NCBI RefSeq assembly: GCF_009914755.1
Contig: NC_060928.1
Strand: one strand, 5' to 3'
Origin: the human T2T-CHM13v2.0 reference genome, Homo sapiens
DNA length: 64,000 bases
The notes beneath the pieces are model-generated. The model was not told the origin of the DNA and did not search any database. It saw only the letters and a list, made by a program, of their open reading frames with translations. Both the position numbers and the translations under genes were made by a program. Shown one piece after another: positions 60,217 through 64,000 of this stretch; within the stretch, counting starts at the first letter, position 1, and each line of letters opens with the position of its first letter.

Positions 60217-60360
60217 GGCCAGGCACAGTGGCTCATACCTGCAATCCCAGCACTTTGGGAGGTGGAGGAGGGAGGATCACTTGAGCCCAGTAGTTTAAGA
60301 ACGGCCTGGGCAACATAGTAAGACCCCATCTCTATTTTACACTAAAAAAAGAAAAAAAAA
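60217..60360 (+). mobile_element. Alu monomer (FLAM/AluJ-like)
   Basis: ggccaggcacagtggctcatacc.. followed by an A tail. Confidence 0.8.
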
Positions 60361-61612
60361 GAATGTATATGAGATAGTTTATTTACCTATATCCCCACTA
60401 ACACCAGGTATTGTTACTTTAAAATTTTTGGCTCATTTCAGAAGAAAATAATACCTCAATTTAGTGTGAAGTTCTTTGATGGTGAGGCTACTATATATAC
60501 ATAAATGGTAGATTTTCTGTTTCTTCTGTAAGCTGGCAGTTCATATATTTTGACCATCTGTATGCGGTATCTATTATTTTCTAATTAGTAGAAGTTCTTT
60601 ATAAATTAATAAGAGCTACGATGTATTAAGTACTTACAAAGTGCCAGTGTTCCATGTGCTACGTAAGTAGTCACTCATTTAATCCTCCACAGCCCCATGA
60701 GGTCATATGGTGATCCCATTTTAGAGATAGGAAGTCTGAGGCATGGAGTTAAGTAATTTGCCAGCCAGTAAGTGGCAAAGCAAGAAGCAAAGTTTCTCAG
60801 ACTAACTTGAGAAACTTTGCTCTTAACTGCCATGTTTTTCTGCCCACTTTCTGGCTCAAGTTGGCGAATATATTTTTCTTATTTTGGACTTTACACGGTG
60901 TTTATGGTCTGTCTTTTGCCACCCAGAAATGCAGAAAACCTGTCTGTTCTCTTCCTTATAGCTTCTGTGTTTCATATCTTCCTTAAAAAGATCTTCTTAG
61001 AGAAGCATTCTTCTGTATTTTCACCTACTATTTTTACTTTCACAATGTTTAAAATATTTTCCATATTTAGATCTGAGTCTTCCCACCTAGAATATGGTAA
61101 TATAAATATGTTTTTCCATTAATTTTTTTAGATTTTACAGTTTTTCCCATGTTCCATGTTTTCCTTTTTAAATTTCCCTTTTAACAATGACTGTTTTATT
61201 GGTCATTCATTTAACATTTAGCTTTTAAATGTATTTACAGTAGACTTCTCTCCTTTTGTTTTATTTTTTAATTTGTTCAATTTTTCTTGAAATAAAGTAG
61301 AGAAAATGAAATAATTTATTTTTAAGAACTGATTTATTTACAGTTCAGAGTTCCTTATTTTTGCCTTCTTTTAAATTGAATTATGTATATGTAGTTTTAT
61401 TTATCTACATTCTAATACTTTGGCCTCAATTTTTAATTTCTTCTTATTTTATAGATTATCTTTCAAGTTCCTGATGTATATGTATTTATTTACTTTTTAT
61501 TCTAAGTTGACAATTTATAATTGTATGTATTTGTGGGGTGAAAAATGAATTTATGAATACAATGTGGGATAATTAAATCAAGCTAATTAACATATCCACC
61601 GCCTCAAATACT

Positions 61613-61939
<327 letters not shown>

Positions 61940-62992
61940 TGAAGTTTACTGTCTTAGCAATGTTGAAATGTACAGCACACTATTATTAACTACAATCACC
62001 ATGCTGTGCAATAAATATTTTTAAAAACCCTTTCTAACTGAGATTTTGTACTCTTTGACCATCATCTCCCCATTCCTTCCAACTTCTGGTCTCTGTATCC
62101 ACCATTCTATTATCTGCTTCTATGAACTTGATTGTTTTAGATTCCATATGTATTAGGACATGCAGCATTTGTCTTTCTGTGGGTGGCTTATTTTACTTAG
62201 CATATTGTTTTCTTGTTCCATCTATATTGTCACAAATGACAGAATTTCTTTCTTTTTAAAGTCTGAATAGTATTCCATTGTGTATATATACCACACTTTA
62301 TCCATTCGTCTATTGATGGACTCAGGTTGATTCCATATCTTGGCTATTGTAAATAGTGCTGCAATGAACATGGGGGAGCAGGTATCTCTTTGACAAACTG
62401 ATTTGAAATCTTTTGGGTAAATACCTAGAAGTGGGATTGCTGGATCATATGGTAGTATTCTATTTTTAGTTTGTTGAGGAACTTTCATCACATTTTCCAT
62501 AATGGGTATACTAATTTACTTTCCCAATAGTGTACAAATAACCCCCTTTCTTCACATTCTTGCCAACACTTGTTATTTATCTTTCATCTTTTTGATTATA
62601 CCCTTCTGACAGGTGTGAGATGATGTCTCATTGTGGTTTTAATTTTTGTTTCCCTATTAATTAGGAAGCTTGAGCATTTTAAAATATATTTGTTGGCCAT
62701 TTGTATGTCTTTTGAAAAATGTCTATTCAGGTCCTTTGCCCACCTTTAAATTGATTTTTTTTCTTGTTTTTGAGTTGTTTGAGTTCCTTATGTATTTTGT
62801 TTTTGTTTGTTTTTTAATTTTTAATTTTTGTGCATACATAATAGGTGTATATATGGGATGTGTGTACATGAGATGTTTTGATATAGATATACAGTGCATA
62901 ATAATTACATCATGAAAAATGTCTCTTTCCCCATAAGCATTTATCTTTTGTGTTACAAACAATCCAATTTTATTCTTTTAGTTATTTTAAAA

Positions 62993-63214
62993 CAGGGGTG
63001 TCCAATTTTTTGGCTTCCCTGGGCCACATTGGAAGAATTGTCTTGGGCCACACATAAAATACACTAATACTAATGATAGCTGATGGGCTGAAAAAAAATC
63101 GCAAAAAATCTCCTAATTTCTAAGAAAGTTTATGAATTGAACTTATGTGTTGGGCTGCATTCAAAGCTGTCATGGGCTGCTTGAGACCCATGGGCCATGG
63201 GTTGGACAAGCTTT
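62993..63214. mobile_element. MER30-like hAT DNA transposon
   Basis: caggggtgtccaa.. ttggacaagctt termini; 8-bp flanking ttttaaaa on both sides. Confidence 0.75.
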
Positions 63215-64000
63215 TTTTAAAATGTACAACAAAATTGTTATTGACTACAGTCACCATACTGTGCTATCAAATAATAGGTCTTATTCATTCTAACTATTTT
63301 TTGGTAACCATCCCCACCTCCCCACAATGTCTTGCTACACTTCCCAGCGTCTGGTAACCATTTTTCTATTCTCCATGTCCATGAGATCAGTTGTTTTGAT
63401 TTGTTGGATGCTAAAATAAGTGAGAACATCCTATGTTTATCTTTCTGTGTCTAGCTTATTTCACTTAACATAATGACCTCCAGTTCTATTCATGTTGTTG
63501 CAAATGACAGGAACACATTCTTTTTTGTGGCTGAATAGTACTCCATTGTGTATAAATACCACATTTTCTTTATCCATTTATCTATTGATGGACATTTAGG
63601 TTGTTTCCATATCTTGGCTATTGTGAACAGTGCTGCAATAAACATGGGAGTGCAGATATCTCTTCCATTGACTGATTTTCTTTCTGTTGGGTATATATCC
63701 AGCAGTGGCATTGCTGGATCATATAATAGCTCTATTTTTATTTTTTTGAGAAACCTCAAAACTGTTCTCCATAGTGGTTGTACTAATTCACATTCCCACC
63801 AACAGTGTACAAGGGTTCCCCTTTCTCCACATCCTCATCATTATTTGTTATTGCCTGACTTTTGGATGAAAGCCATTTTAGCTGGGGTGAGATGATATCT
63901 CATGATAGTTTTGATTTGCATTTATCTGATGGTCAATGATTTGAACACATTTTCATATGCCTGTTTGCCATTTGTATGTCTTCTTTTGAGAAATATGTAT

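Overview
Human genomic DNA spanning about 12.5 kb upstream of CD38 plus the 5' part of the gene on the + strand. It contains coding exons 1-3 (12572-12804, 50110-50239, 58476-58611), a 37.3-kb intron 1, an 8.2-kb intron 2 and the start of intron 3. Human origin is supported by the CD38 protein sequence, an AluYb8-type element and a young SVA. Regulatory signals: a CpG island over exon 1/intron 1, a DR5 retinoic-acid element, GAS and IRF-type motifs, and the G allele of the intron-1 E-box/PvuII variant. The rest is mostly transposon-derived: an HMGN2 processed pseudogene with three nested Alus, LTR12C, LTR3-like and MER41-family solo LTRs, a full-length SVA, several L1s, MaLR LTRs and DNA transposons. 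I see no evidence of a new protein-coding system; nearly all other ORFs are repeat-derived. The most unusual signals are an SVA with clustered A>G changes resembling ADAR editing fixed by retrotransposition, three ~120-130-bp local duplications in intron 1, inverted L1 arms bracketing exons 2 and 3, and an antisense LTR12C with nine CCAAT boxes. Repeat subfamily names come from recalled consensus sequences, not from a database search, and repeat boundaries without a stated TSD are approximate.
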